DNA of 64,000 nt. Origin: Flaccisagitta enflata. Its lineage: Eukaryota. Under the pieces are notes generated by a model. It worked only from the letters and a program-made list of their open reading frames with translations. It did not search any database and was not told the origin of the DNA. The position numbers and the translations under genes were made by a program. Positions 39,882-54,021 of this stretch are shown piece after piece (position 1 is the stretch's first letter; each line of letters opens with the position of its first letter). Location of the stretch: NCBI GenBank assembly GCA_965153355.1, contig OZ231126.1:19468001-19532000 (forward strand), given 5' to 3'.

Positions 39882-40355
39882 CAGGGGCGTATTTGAGCCC
39901 AAATTTTTGGGGCAGCTAGCCAAAATCTGTGTCCCAACTAGTCTTGTGTCCCAATAATTTTCCTATTACCTATGAAGCTAATTTTGCAAATAATATTACT
40001 AGTCAGTATTGCTTTTTAATGTAACTATCATATAGAAGAAAGTCTTGCTTTACTGCAGTGCAGAATGTTTACTATTTTAGGTATAAACAAGCTCAAGGAT
40101 GATGTTTTCTCATATGACATGAAGTATAGTTATTGTCAAAATTTTTGTCATATCTTGAGCATTATACTTTTCGCCTCTTAGGGGTAAAGCATCGGTAGAT
40201 CTGTAGATCGATCCCATAAAAACCTGATTGTATTTCAGCTGGAAACATTTTGAACCTCTCTCTCTCTCTCTCTCTCTTTGTGTCCCAATGGGGTTTGTGC
40301 CCCAACAAAAAGGGCAGCAGCTGCTGCCCCTGACGCCCCGTCAAATACGCCCCTG
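39882..40355. mobile_element. hAT-type MITE with perfect 8-bp TSD, inserted into a foldback element
   Basis: GGTCGCAC|CAGGGGCGTATTTGA ... TCAAATACGCCCCTG|GGTCGCAC. Confidence 0.9.
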
Positions 40356-41042
40356 GGTCGCACTATGTATTTTTAAAAAGAAATAAAATTTCTGATTTTC
40401 AAGCCACCGTTACAAAAAATAACGGTGGCTAAAAAATTGAAAATTTGATCTCTTTTGAAAAATGTAGAGTGCGACTTATCAAACAAAAGGAAATTTCATT
40501 AGGAATTCAAATATGCTATCTAAAAAGGTTTTCTAGCAGCCCTTTAAAATCTGGGTACATTATAGGATGAAAAATTATTAATTTTGGATTTTTTTTTCAA
40601 AAGGTGCCACAAGAGAGATTTCTTTGAAGCTGGATCCTAGTTCAGGAAGTCCATCCTGAGTAAAAACAAGCGGAAAATTCAGAGTAATACTAAAAACCAA
40701 CTGGCGGTAGTTTGAGCAGATGGTGCTATAGTTATTTACTTCCCACACATACAAGACAACTGACAACTGACTCCTTACGGGGTCGCCCATATTAACAGAC
40801 AGTTTGTGGGCCGTTTTGGCCGTTTTGAGTATAACCCCTGTGCAACTTACACGAAACGTCCGTCTCACTCTTGGGGGCGTCCTGGAAAGGACAGATTTTA
40901 CCCCTGCCGTAGCCTAACGGGACTCCCTCTGTTTCAGATGGTGTTGTGGCAGGGTCTCCTCTTTTTTATCAGCCTAAAAAAGTAACTATACTAAGACGTT
41001 TTCTTCTCCAATCAATTCCTATATCATGTGCATATCTATACC

Positions 41043-41626
41043 CAGGGGCGTATTTGAGCCCAAATTTTAGGGGCAGCAAGCCAAAATCTGTGTCCCAACA
41101 AGTCTCGTGTCCCAATAATTTGGATAATTGTGCAATTATTGTTACTAATTGATATTGCTTTTTAATGTAAGTATTGTGTTGTTGTATAAAATGTTTAAAG
41201 AATAAACAAGCCCATATATTTAAAGAATAAACAAGCCCAAGGATGATGCTTTGTCATATGACATTTGTCACATTTGGAGCATTGTACTTTTCGCCTCTTG
41301 GGGGTAAAACAGAATCGTTTCTATCAGACATTTTTAAAAGGAATTTCTATTTTTTGGTGAAAAATTAGAAATGAGAAATGATTTAGATCAATATGGTTGA
41401 TGAAGAAGGTCGAGGGGATCAACCTAGGCAACTAAATGAATGGCCGAGGGGATGAATAGGCTCTGTATATCAATTCTATAAAACCCCATTGTACTACAGC
41501 TGGAAACATTTCAAACGTATTTCTCTCTCCCTCTCTCTCTCTCTCTTTTAGTGTCCCGATGGGGTTTGTGCCCCAACAAAAAGGGCAGCAGCTGCTGCCC
41601 CTGACGCCCCTTTGAATACGCCCCTG
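41043..41626. mobile_element. hAT-type MITE, second copy
   Basis: TCTATACC|CAGGGGCGTATT ... AATACGCCCCTG|TCTATACC. Confidence 0.9.
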
Positions 41627-42477
41627 TCTATACCTGTTCCATTTTAGTTCCTGAATTCTAGTTCCTGAATCATAAAGATACAGAAACAAGGCCGGACACA
41701 CGGCTACCCCAGTCGCGTGCGGGTGGGCAGGGGCCATAATTGAGGTCACCAGATCATTTGAGCAGGAGCAGTGAGGCCAAAAACCGCAAAACCCCCCAAA
41801 AAAGTAAAGTGTGACGGACCAACGGACGGACCAACGGACCGACAAAGCGGGGTGTAGAGTCGCGTAGAACGCGACTAAAAATAATAGAAAAGCTGCGCAC
41901 AACACCTATTCATGCACTTCAGTAGTTATGTGATAACCATCGCTATGTAAAAGAAAATTGTAATTAAGCAGATTGCGCAGAGTTGCTATTCTAGGGAGTA
42001 GGGGATTCTCCTTGGCAGAGCTCTCTGTGGCTTTTCTTTTTCTCCTTTTCATCAGGAACCCATGGCTTTGACATCAATCAACCAAAGATCTGAAGCAAAA
42101 AAGCTTCAAAATTACAGTCCCCGACTGGGGACTGTAATTTTTGAAGCTTTCTCATTGCGTAAACGCAACTCGATGAGATACACAACAAGACAGCCATTTC
42201 AAGAAAAAAAAATATTCAATATTGTTTTAATGATGACATAACTTGATAATGATAACAATAGTGGGTGATGATGATGACAACAATGAATGACAATGACAAA
42301 AATCTAATAAAAAATTTTCAAAAAAATTTTCAAAAAAAAAAAAATTTCAAACAAATTTTCAAAAAAAAATTTCAAAAAAAATTTCAAAAGGAAAATTTCA
42401 AAAAAAATTTTCAAAAAATTTTCAAAAAATTTTTTAAAAATTTTCAAAAAGAATTTTCAAAAAAATTAAGAAGTCAA

Positions 42478-43281
42478 AGATGATGACAGTAGTCGAGGAT
42501 GATGATAGTAGATGAAGATGATGACAGTAGTTGAAAATGATGACAGTACTTGAAAATGATGACAGTACTTGAAAATGATGACAGTACTTGAAAATGATGA
42601 CAGTAGTTGAAGATGATGACAGTAGTTGAAGATGATGACAGTAGTTGAAGATGATGACAGTAGTTGAAGATGATGACAGTAGTTGAAGATGATGACAGTA
42701 GTTGAAGATGATGACAGTAGTTGAAGATGATGACAGTAGTTGAGGATGATGACAGTAGTTGAGGATGATGACAGTAGTTGAGGATGATGACAGTAGTTGA
42801 AGATGATGACAGTAGTTGAAGATGATGACAGTAGTTGAAGATGATGACAGTAGTTGAAGATGATGACAGTAGTTGAAGATGATGACAGTAGTTGAAGATG
42901 ATGACAGTAGTTGAAGATGATGACAGTAGTTGAAGATGATGACAGTAGTTGAAGATGATGACAGTAGTTGAAGATGATGACAGTAGTTGAAGATGATGAC
43001 AGTAGTTGAAGAAGATGACAGTAGTTGAAGATGATGACAGTAGTTAAAGATGATGACAGTAGTTGAAGATGATGACAGTAGTTGAAGATGATGACAGTAG
43101 TTGAAATTGATAACAGTAGTTGAAGATGATGACAGTAGTTGAAGATGATGACAGTAGTAGAAGATGATAACAGTAGTTGAAGATGATGACAGTGGTAGAA
43201 GATGATGACAGTAGTTGAAGATGATGACAGTAGTTGAAGATGATGACAGTAGTTGAAGATGATGACAGTAGTTGAAGATGA
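42478..43281. repeat. 19-bp minisatellite (GTTGAAGATGATGACAGTA)n, about 42 copies
   Basis: Seen directly. Confidence 0.95.
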
Positions 43282-43377
43282 ATCTTGAAATCCATGATGG
43301 CAAACCTAAAGAAAAATCAGAATGTAATAAATGAGCAAGTAAACAAATTCATCAACTCCAATTCTCTATACAAATCG

Positions 43378-44132
43378 CCTAAGTCCTAGTAACATATTAC
43401 TACATTAATAAGCTAATATCTTATAAACCAGACTTCAGATTTAATTCGAATTTTGCAGGGGCAGTTCAATTAATATCCTTTACTTGTATACCAAATTAAA
43501 AAAGAATTCACATAACTTTGCTACCCTTTGCCTATGTAAACTGCCTAAGTTATAGAAACATATTACTACATAAATAAGCTAATATCTCATAAACCAGACT
43601 TCAGATTTAATTCAAATTTTGCAGGGGTTATTTATTTACTACCCTCTACTTGTGTACCAAATAAGAAAAAAATTCACATACCTTTACTACCCTTTGCCTA
43701 TGTAAATTGCCTAAGTCCTAGCAACATACTACTACATAAATAAGCTAATATCTCATAAACCAGACTTCAGATTTAATTCGAATTTTGCAGGGGTTGTTTA
43801 TTTAGTACCCTCTTCTTGTATACCAAATTAAAAAAAAATTCATAAACCTTTACTACCCTCTACCTATGTAAACCACCTAAGTCCCAGCTAAATACTACTA
43901 CAAAAATAATAGGCAAAGGGTAGTAAAAGTTAATGAATTTTTTCGAAAATTGGTACACAAGCTCCTATTGATCTATAAACAACACCAGCAAAGTTTCATC
44001 AAATTCTGAAGTCTGGTTCCAAAGATATGAGAAGGTTTTAAACGACGACGACGACGACGACGACAAACGAACAGACTACACGAACAGGCTACTTCATAGT
44101 CACCGACGAAAACTGTTCGTCGGGGACAAAAA
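43378..44132. repeat. 166-bp tandem repeats (3 full plus a partial), an inverted partial unit, (GAC)n and a terminal hairpin: HINE-like end
   Basis: Units start CCTAAGT at 43378, 43544, 43710 and 43876; inverted GCAAAGGGTAGTAAA...TCTGAAGTCTGGTT; hairpin CCGACGAA-AACTG-TTCGTCGG followed by AAAAA. Confidence 0.75.
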
Positions 44133-44227
44133 GTCGCGAAGATCGAGGCCTTACATCTAGATCAGCATACTCAATATTTGTTGTTAAATGTTAGCATTTA
44201 CCATCCTGTATCTATTTATTCCATTTT

Positions 44228-45018
44228 CGGGCAGGAATCCAGGATGAAAATTTCTAGAAAAAGAAAAGAGACACCACCCCTAATTTTTTGCACAGAGGTC
44301 CTAAAAAGGGTGTAGAATCAGAATATGATATTCATTTTGGTCAAATATTGGCCGATAAAATTAGAAACGGCTTTATGTGGTAAAAACTGCTATTTTTGCT
44401 TTAAAAACAGTATTTCTTTTATTGTTTCTATAATTATTTTTGCAGAAATGTGTAGCCCTTGTTTAGAAAGATATTTGAGTGAACTCTCTGTATTTCAGGA
44501 TTTGCTTAAGGAGCTAAAAAATGACTTTAAAAAGCCAAATTATGAGGGAATAAGCCAAATTTGTACAATTCTGATAAAAAAAACCATAGGACTGTGTATA
44601 AGGTAAAAATATACATCAGGTATGAGTTTCATTGAGCTACTAAAATAAATGCTCAAGTTATAAGCGAAAAATGCATAACCACAATATGCAAATGAGGTAA
44701 AAGTGCAAATTTTCAAAAATGGCCGAAATTGGTCAAAAACACCAATAATTGAGTCAATATAGTACCTATGATCAAAATACATCAGTTTCAATCAATGTTA
44801 ACCAAAAAATGTTAAATATATAATGTTTTTATAATAAAAAACACTATTTATTTTACAAAAAACCGTTTTTAATTTCATTGGCCAATATTTGACCAACATG
44901 AATATCATATTCTGATTCTACATCCTTTTTAGGTACCCTGTGCAAAAAATTGAGGGCGGTGTCTTTTAAAAAAAAAAAACCCTTAAAATTGAGATAATTT
45001 CATCCTGATTCCTGCCCG
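44228..45018. mobile_element. Foldback MITE with long TIRs and 4-bp TTTT TSD
   Basis: TTTT|CGGGCAGGAATC...TGTAGAATCAGAATATGATATTCAT ... ATGAATATCATATTCTGATTCTACA...GATTCCTGCCCG|TTTT. Confidence 0.8.
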
Positions 45019-45202
45019 TTTTCGTTTGTTAATTATTCCTTGTTTCACGTACTCGTACGTTTTTGAGTAATTTATCCTATTTTTGTGTTTCATTACTTTA
45101 ATGTCACTTAACATTTGCTCTCATGTACCAAGAGGGCCGTTTAGAACAAGCCCGTCGTAGAATTTAGTTGAAAATTGTAACAGAAATAGACCTGGACATT
45201 CC

Positions 45203-45678
45203 AGGCCCAGGTTTGGTCCTCCCCGACCATAACGCTTATTGTCTTATTTAACCACTGTTCATGTTGGGAAATAAACTTGGTTGATTTGATTTGATTTGAG
45301 AAAAAACATTGAAACAAAAAAGCGCAAAAATTGCGATTTTCGCGATTTTTGCGATTTTTAGACGCGGACACTCGATTCTACGCCTTGCTCTGTCGGTCCG
45401 AAGGTCGGTGCGTCGGTACGTCGGTACGTCCCAAATTTCAAGGCCCAGGTTTGGTCCTCCCCGACCATAACGCTTATTGTCTTATTTAACCACTGTTCAT
45501 GTTGGGAAATAAACTTGGTTGATTTGATTTGATTTGAGAAAAAACATTGAAACAAAAAAGCGCAAAAATTGCGATTTTCGCGATTTTTGCGATTTTTAGA
45601 CGCGGACACGCGATTCTACGCCTTGCTGTGTCGGTCCGAAGGTCGGTGCGTCGGTACGTCGGTACGTCCCAAATATTT
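45203..45678. repeat. Near-perfect 238-bp direct tandem duplication
   Basis: AGGCCCAGGTTTGGTCCTCCCCGACC... occurs twice; the two near-identical track ORFs are offset by 238 nt. Confidence 0.9.
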
Positions 45679-46236
45679 TTGAATTTCGCGCGGTTTTTGC
45701 TTTACGGCCCCTGCCCGGCCGTCCGCCACTGTCTTGCCGTGTATCCGGCCTTGTAATACGAAAAAAAAGTAATTTGTTTCTTTAATAACTGAAAAAAGTT
45801 ATTTGTTTCTTTAATAACTTCTGAACAGTCCAGAACAGTGAATAAATGAATTAATCAAATGATGCGTACGTTATCTTTGACATTTCCACGTCAGGATTAG
45901 AAGTGGTGAAAAAGTGAAGACGACATTTCTCTTCTTTTCTTTTTTTGGGGGTCGTGATTACTAGTTGATTACTAGATAAAACAACTTTTTATGATACTTG
46001 TCTTTAATGTTTACATTGTCGTTTTGAGAGTTTAAAACGCACTGAAAATTACCATAGAATTAGCTACCCAAGCTAGGTGAATCATGATATTCATAATATC
46101 AATTATGATAAGATTTTTTATTTAGATACTATCAATTAACATGTGAATAGATATATTTTACATGTATTTATTCTAACAAGTGAGTTCAAGTCATAACGCG
46201 ACATAGTGCAACAGCAACAACAACAACAATAACAGC

Positions 46237-46352
<116 letters not shown>

Positions 46353-47161
46353 CTTCAGCGAAAGCTTCAATTCTTTTTGACTGAGGACTACCTAACAGTT
46401 ACTGGCCGTTTTAGCATTTGTGTGCGTGAAATGAAATACATCTGACACAACATAAAAAGAAAAAAATTGTTTTTATTGATTTGAATTCCGCAAACGCAAA
46501 CTTGATGAGCAATGAAGCGATTCCTGCGCTTAATTCAAAATTTTCCTCTGTTTTTTTGGGTAGAAGCTTGAAAAAGAGAGAGTGACCGGTGATTATATTC
46601 ACATTGGGGTTCCCACGCACAATTTGCTTTTGTCTGCATCCTGCAAATTATACTTTATATAGAGGAGCGCTTACTCAACTGCATACGACTCGCATTACGA
46701 GGCTTTGTACGTCGATAGGCTAGTGAGCTGATCGGTCGAAGTCCAACAAGTCGTTTAGACGTAGTAACAAGGCCGGATCCAGTCGCGGACGGTTGGAGAG
46801 GAGCAGTGATGCGGAAACACTCGCAATTTTAGAAATATTTCGGACGGACGGACAGACTGACCGACCGACACGGCAAGGTGTAGAGACGCGTGTCCGCGAC
46901 TAACAGCTACGTCTGTCCGTGAACGAATGTGAAGCAATTCCTTTAAAATTCCCGGCGATGACAAGTTGATGACAAGTGAAGGACATGTGGAACAATACCC
47001 TGAAATTCGAGTTTGTATAGTGTATGTACTAGTAGAGGTAGGCGTAAAGAGGATTCTGTTCTGTCAATTGTGTTCATGCGTCAGTGTGTCACGGTTTCGA
47101 CACTCGGGTACAGAAGAAATGATCAAATGGATTTTTCTAAATTCTCATTCTATAAGTTCAA

Positions 47162-47197
<36 letters not shown>

Positions 47198-47417
47198 CTT
47201 CTCCCCTCCCCTCCATTGAATCCCCAAAGTGTCGACATCGAGTTTTATTGGTGGCTGTGGAATCCCTAATTTCGGTGAGACCAACACCTCATTAAACCTT
47301 CGCCCCGTCTCACTGCCTCTTTTCACAAGACGTGTGTGTGCCTAAACGTCAAATGAATTCTCTCTCACTCTCTGCTTCCTGCTTTTTGCTCTTATTCCCT
47401 TCTTTCCATTTTGCTCC

Positions 47418-47476
<59 letters not shown>

Positions 47477-47665
47477 TCCTGCTTTCTTTCTTTCTTTTTT
47501 CCTTTCTCTCTAACTGTTACCATGCCAGTGCCTACATGATTTCCAAAGTCTAACAGCACAAAACTACTCCGCTTTCTTTCTTCTTCACGTCACCCCTTTT
47601 TTTATCTGTCTTTCTTTTTCTTTTTTTTTTCTTTTTTTCTTTCTGTCCGTTTTTTCTTTGTTGTT

Positions 47666-47728
<63 letters not shown>

Positions 47729-47972
47729 CTCTTCCTTTTTTCTTTCTTTCTTTCTTTCTAACTTTTTTGGTCGCGTGTTCACGTCTCTACATACCGCTAT
47801 ATCGGTTTGTTCACTTTTGGAAATGATTTCCAATGTCTAACAGCACAAAACTACTCCGCTTTCTTTCTTCTTCACGTCACCCCTTTTTTCATCTGTCTGT
47901 CTTTTTTTCTCTCTCTTCTTTCTCCTTTTTTTTTTTTTTCTTTTTTTCTTTCTGTCCTTTTTTTCTTTCTGT

Positions 47973-48174
<202 letters not shown>

Positions 48175-48596
48175 TTTCTTTCATCTCCCTCTAAACCTCT
48201 TTTCAGTTGCATGCACACGACTCTACAACCCGCTATGTCCGTGGGTCGGTTTTTGCTTAACTGCCCCTGCCAAAATAGTTAGCTTTTTAATCGCTACCCC
48301 TGCCCATCCGCACGGGACTTGTCTCTTTCTCTTTCATTCCCTGCTTGCCTTTTTTCAGTCGCGTGCACGCGACTCTATGACTCGCTCTGTCTGTCGGTCC
48401 GTCCGAAACACTTAGCGGGTTTTCGTTGTTTTTCGTCATTATATACATCATTTTAAGTCAGTAAAAATCATCTTAAGACAGTATAAGTCATTTTAAGTAA
48501 TAATAAGTCATTCTAACTCATTCTAACTCATTTCAGGTCATTTCAAATTATTTTATATCATTTAAAGTCATTTCACATCAATTTTTGTCATATTTA

Positions 48597-49190
48597 ACAG
48601 GGTGTGCAAAATTATCCGGACTTGCTCCATTGAAAGAAAGCCATACTTAGAAGGGACCCAGCACAATGAAATTTGAGCTATAGTACCCCAGCTAGTCATG
48701 CTAGAAGCTAGAATTGATGGTAGGTATTTTCTAAATTCCTTGTCACTATGGGAGTTAAATGATTTGAAGCAAAGATTTTGATTTTGACACCATTTTATTT
48801 TGTAAGCAAGATAAGTTACAAAATCTTAAATTCTTGAATTTGTAAATCTTCTATTGTGACTTTCTCAGCTTGACACACACTATGCTAAAGGAGGTAAGTT
48901 AAATCAACATCGATGGAGCTCACAAAAGCAAATAAACTAGGCCTAATGGGCAAGAAAAACTAACAACAGAACTTCAGTTTTTTTTAAGATATATTTTCAA
49001 GGAGTGTTTTATAGCAGACAAATCTACCTGAAAAATTTTATTTTTGACACTTTTATTCTTTATGAACTCTGGTTTTAAATGCTAAAAAGGATACTTTTTT
49101 ATATCTACCCCTCATGCTTTCAAAAATCATTTTTACTACCGGTTTTTAAGAAAAGTAACTGTCAAGTCCGGATAATTTTGCACACCCTGT
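48597..49190. mobile_element. Tc1/mariner-type MITE inserted in an (AAGTCATTTT)n tract
   Basis: TA|ACAGGGTGTGCAAAATTATCCGGACTTG ... CAAGTCCGGATAATTTTGCACACCCTGT|TA. Confidence 0.85.
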
Positions 49191-49314
49191 TAGTCATTTA
49201 TGTCACTTCATTTGTTTATGTCATTTTAAGTAATTTCGAGATGTTTTCAGTCATTTTAAGTCATTTCAAATCACTGATTAGATTACTTTCAAAGGGTTTC
49301 AACTTTCAAGGGTG

Positions 49315-49655
49315 AAATTGAAACTGGTGGTTTTCAAGGCTTGAATTGACACTTGTGGGTTTCAAGGCTTTCATTGAAACTGGTGGATTTTAAGGCTTGA
49401 TTTGAAACTGGTGGGTTTCAAAGCTTGAATTGAAAACTGGTGGGTTTCAAGGCTTGAATTGAAACTGTTGGGTTCCAACTTGGAACTTGGAACTTCCAAG
49501 ATTTAATTGAAACTGGTGGTGTTTAAAGGCTTGAATTGAAACTGGTGGGTTTCAAGGCTTGAGCTCAAACTGTTGGTTTTCAAGGCTTGAATTGTAACTG
49601 ATGGGCCTTAAGGCTTGAATTGAAACTAAGGGGGTTTTAAGGCTTTTATTGAAAC
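49315..49655. repeat. About 28-bp minisatellite (GAAACTGGTGGGTTTCAAGGCTTGAATT)n
   Basis: Seen directly. Confidence 0.9.
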
Positions 49656-49729
49656 TTATGGAGTCAGGTCAAGGAAACTATTTACGTCCCGCACGCAACT
49701 TGTTGTATCTAATCCAAATCCTCAGCTCC

Positions 49730-49816
<87 letters not shown>

Positions 49817-52800
49817 TTTACAAGGCAAGGGGCATTACGGCTTCCATTTCAGATTTCCCTGTACTGGTTGCCAATGTAAATAAACTTTATATCAGTTAGG
49901 CTCAAAATAATGTATACCGTGTTCTGGTTTATCCTTAAGTCAAACTCGACGCACGATTCGTAATGAATGGGGTTTACATATACAAACAGACCATCGTCCA
50001 ATTCTTTGACATTCCACCCAAAACTGTGTGCTGAATGCCGGTAAACCGTCACGAAATATTTTTAGCTGTAGTATTTTCGTCCATCACCCTCTCAACCCAA
50101 GGTATTGAAATTGCAAATCAGCACTGAGCAATAAGGAGTCGCTTTGATACTAATGTCTGTCAAGACCCATAAAATCTAGTTATTGAACAATTGAATTGTT
50201 TGGTCTGGTAGTAGACAGTCCCTACCTCAGTTGATGCTGGAACAGCTCGTCAACTGCATCTTTTATGCTCTTGAAGGTGCCTTGTAAGATTCTTTTTTAT
50301 GCGTGACAGTGCTATAGTTCTATGGTTAGGACTTAGGTATCGGTTTGTATGTTGTTTATGCCTGTTTGAGGGCTTCAGATAATTAGAATGCTCCAGCACC
50401 TCGTCAACTGCTTTTTATAGGGTGATGAAAGATTTCTAGTTAAGTTTGCGTGCATTGGAACCTGCAGCGTTCATTTCGATATGATTGTCGTAATGTAATA
50501 TTGCTGAATAAAGTGGTTTATCATCTCTAAAAGGTGTCATTTTCAACGTTTGAATATAACCATAGGCCTTCCTAATGGACATATTCGTTTGGATAGTATC
50601 AAATTGTGTTTTACTAATCAGTCTTTATGATTTGGTACTGCCAAGATTTTTATTTTCCCCAAATTTTCATTTTCTCTCTTTTTTCCCCTTTGATTTCCTT
50701 CCCCATCTTCAGACCCTTTGATTTTTTTTTTGGGGGGGGGGGGAACTCAACTATATACAGGCCTGAATACAAATACTTAATTTGAAACTTAGGTTTGTTT
50801 AAGAGCTGAAACCAGCGCCGATTTTGTACGCATACATGGCACCCGAGTGATGGCACAATCAACTGCCTGTAACAAATCCTGAAATTCGCTCGCTTTGATA
50901 GAGCTTAAGTTTGCATAATCGCTCAAGCGTCATCATGGTCAGTGGTTCCCAATGCCCCATTGATATCATTTAGTATTGTATTATTGAGGTAATGGGACAG
51001 CGGCCTTGGAGGGGCAGGTGACTATGATTCCACACAGGGCATTGTCTTTTTGGGCAGCGGCCCCGAAGGAGATGAAGTCCTGTAGGACACAGGGGGAATC
51101 TGTCCGTCCACCCGTCCAACCGTCCGTCCGTCCGTACGTACGCCCATACGTCCCCCCCTGCCCCATCCTCAGGGCTTTGTCTCCTTTGGGGCCCATTCTG
51201 ACCTAAGTTCTGCCTAATAGCCTGAATCCAAGCAAAACGGCCCAAATCTAAACAAAATGGCTCAAATCAAAGCATAATGGCCCAAATCCAAACAAAATGG
51301 CACAAATCTTGCCAGAAAACCCCAATTTTGTCTATCATCTAGGCCCCTTAGACCTTTATTTCTGCCTAGATCTCGGCCAATTTACTTGGATTTGGGCCAT
51401 TATGCTTGGATTTGGGCCATTTTGCTTAGGTTTTGGCCATATTGCTTGGATTTAGGCTATTTGGCAGAATCAAGGTCAAAATAGGCCCCAAAGGAGACAA
51501 AGCCTTGAGGATGGGGCAGGGGGGGAACAAATGGACAGGCGGATGCGCGGACAGACGGATGGACAGATTCCCCCTGTGTTTTACAGGACTTTGTCCCCTT
51601 CGGGGCCGCTGTCCTGCTCCCCCTCAACTTAAGTCACACACCACTCAAGCAGGTTAGGGTACCGCTGACCACTTACTGCCTTTGGGCTGCTATTAAGGGA
51701 TAAGAATCTTTAAATTTGTTATTGGTGCATGTGAAAGGGCTTATTTAGGGTCTGACAGGCCTAATTGGGGTTAGGGTCTTTAAGGCCTGATTTCAAGTCC
51801 GAGAGGCCTAGGTTAGGGCCTGAGAGGCCTAGTTCTGGGTCCAAGAGGCCTAACATGGGACTTGTGAGACATGACTTGAGTCTGGGAGGGCTGATTTTGG
51901 GTCTGAGAGGCCTGATTTGGAGTTTGAGAGGCCTAATTTGGGGTCTGAGAGACCTGATTTGGGGTCTGAGAGGGGGACACAGAAACCAGATTGGAAAAAT
52001 TGCCCTGTCTGGAATCATTGGTCATCCACCCCTCCGGGGCTGCTGCCCAAAAACAAAATGCTTAACAAGGGCAATATGTGGTCAACGTTACCCATTGCCC
52101 TGCTTTGCAACATTGTGAATTTGGGTAAGAGGAAGGAGGGCAGCAGCCCCAAAGGATTAAAACACAGAACACAGGAGGACTTTTGTTCGTTCATTTGTTT
52201 GCTTAAGGCCTGAGAGGGCTGGATTGAAGGCTGAGAGGGCGGCTGGTTCAAAGCCTGAGGGGGCTGGTTTGAAGCCTTAGTGGGCTGATTTGAGGTCTGA
52301 GAGGGCCGCTTTGAGGGCCGCTTTGAGGCTAGAAAGAGCTGACTTGATGCCTAAGAGGCCTGATTAGAGGCTTGATAGGCCTGATTTGAGGGCTGAGAGG
52401 CCAAATATGAGGGCTGAGAAACCTGATTTGAGGCCTTAGGGGGTTTGGACAGGTGGACTAATGGACAGATGGATGGACAGATGGACGGATGGACGGATGG
52501 ATATACAGATTGACGGATAGAAGGATGAACGGACAGAAGAACAAAAGTCCCACTTGTGTTCTACAGGACTTTGTCCTCTTCTGGGCCGCTGCCCAAAAAT
52601 TGCCAAAGACCAGATCTGCAACAAATTTGGCAGCTTGTGCATTTCCTTTCTGGTGCAGCAAATTCTTCCTTCCCTTGTTGAATCCTCAATTTTAAGAAGA
52701 ATTTAAGAAAGCACTCCATTTTAAAGCAATACTGACCCAGCCCGCCCGCATATGACTACTGTGTGTTCTTTGAAATGGCGCCATGCTTCCAATGTTAGGG

Positions 52801-54021
52801 GTGACATTGAATTATCATTCATAATTTATCCAACTTTGGAAGCTTGTTTTTTGGATGTTTTTCAACTGATCTAGAGAAAATTCATAGTGAAAAGAATCTT
52901 TTTTTTCAAAATGGCGCCAAACACAATCGTGATCTACTATCTTTTTAGTCGCGTGCTACGTGATTCTACACCCGCTTTGTCGGTTGGTTGGTCTGTTGGT
53001 TGGTCAGATTCTACTTTTTTTATGATTTTATACTATTTAATTTTCATTCTTTGACCCAACTGCTCCTGCCCAAATGGTCTGGCGACCTCAAATATGGCCC
53101 CTGCCTACCCATACTCGACTAGGGTGCCCGTGTATCCGGCCTTGTTTCGTTTAGAAATGACATTCTCACTAAGTTAGAGGTGAAATTAAAGTAAATATTT
53201 AGGGTTATTCAAACTTCATCCAACTTTGCAAGCCAGTTACTTAATTGTTTTTCAACTGATTTAGATGAAATTCATGATGATAAGAAAGATTTTTTTTGCT
53301 CTTCAAAATGGCACCAAGCGTGATCTCCTATGTTTTTTCGTTTAGAAATGACATTCTCACAAAGTTAAAGGTGAAATTGAAGTATTGATTTGAGGTTATT
53401 CAAACTTCATCCAACTTTGCAAGCTTGTTACTTAGTTGTTTTTCAACGGATTTAGATGAAATTCATAATGAAAAGAATTATTTTTTGTGTTCTTCAAAAT
53501 GGCGCCAAACGCGATCTCCAATCTTTTTAGTAGCGGACACGCAACTCTATAAGAGGCTTTGTCCGTCCGTTGGTCTGTCCATTGGTCCATCCGTTGGTCA
53601 TAATGATCGAGTAGAAAAGTGGAATAGATTTGGGCCATTTTGCTTAGATTCGGGCCATTGTGCTTTGATCTGGGCTATTTGGGAGAATTTGGGTCAGAAT
53701 ATTGGGCAGAATAAGCCCCAAAGAAGACAAAGCCCTGAGGATGGGGCAGAAGGGGATGGATGTATGGACATACGTACGGATGGGCAGATTCCCCCTTGTT
53801 CTACAGGACTTCATCCCCTTTGGGGCCGCTGCCCAAAAACAAGTGGTTTGGATACTTTTTTGACAACGGCCCCAAAGGGCTTATGTCCTGTAGGACACAT
53901 GGGTGAATTTCCATACATCCGTCCGTCCATCCATCCATATGTGCCCCCCCACCCTGAAGCTTTTCATGCCTCAAATTCCCATCAGATTACATGGGAAATT
54001 GTCAAAATGCAAACTTCCCAT

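Noticed and set aside
42434-43303. 289-aa repetitive ORF and CRISPR-like periodicity
   Set aside because: A 19-bp minisatellite with no unique spacers; the frame is open only because the unit lacks stops on that strand.
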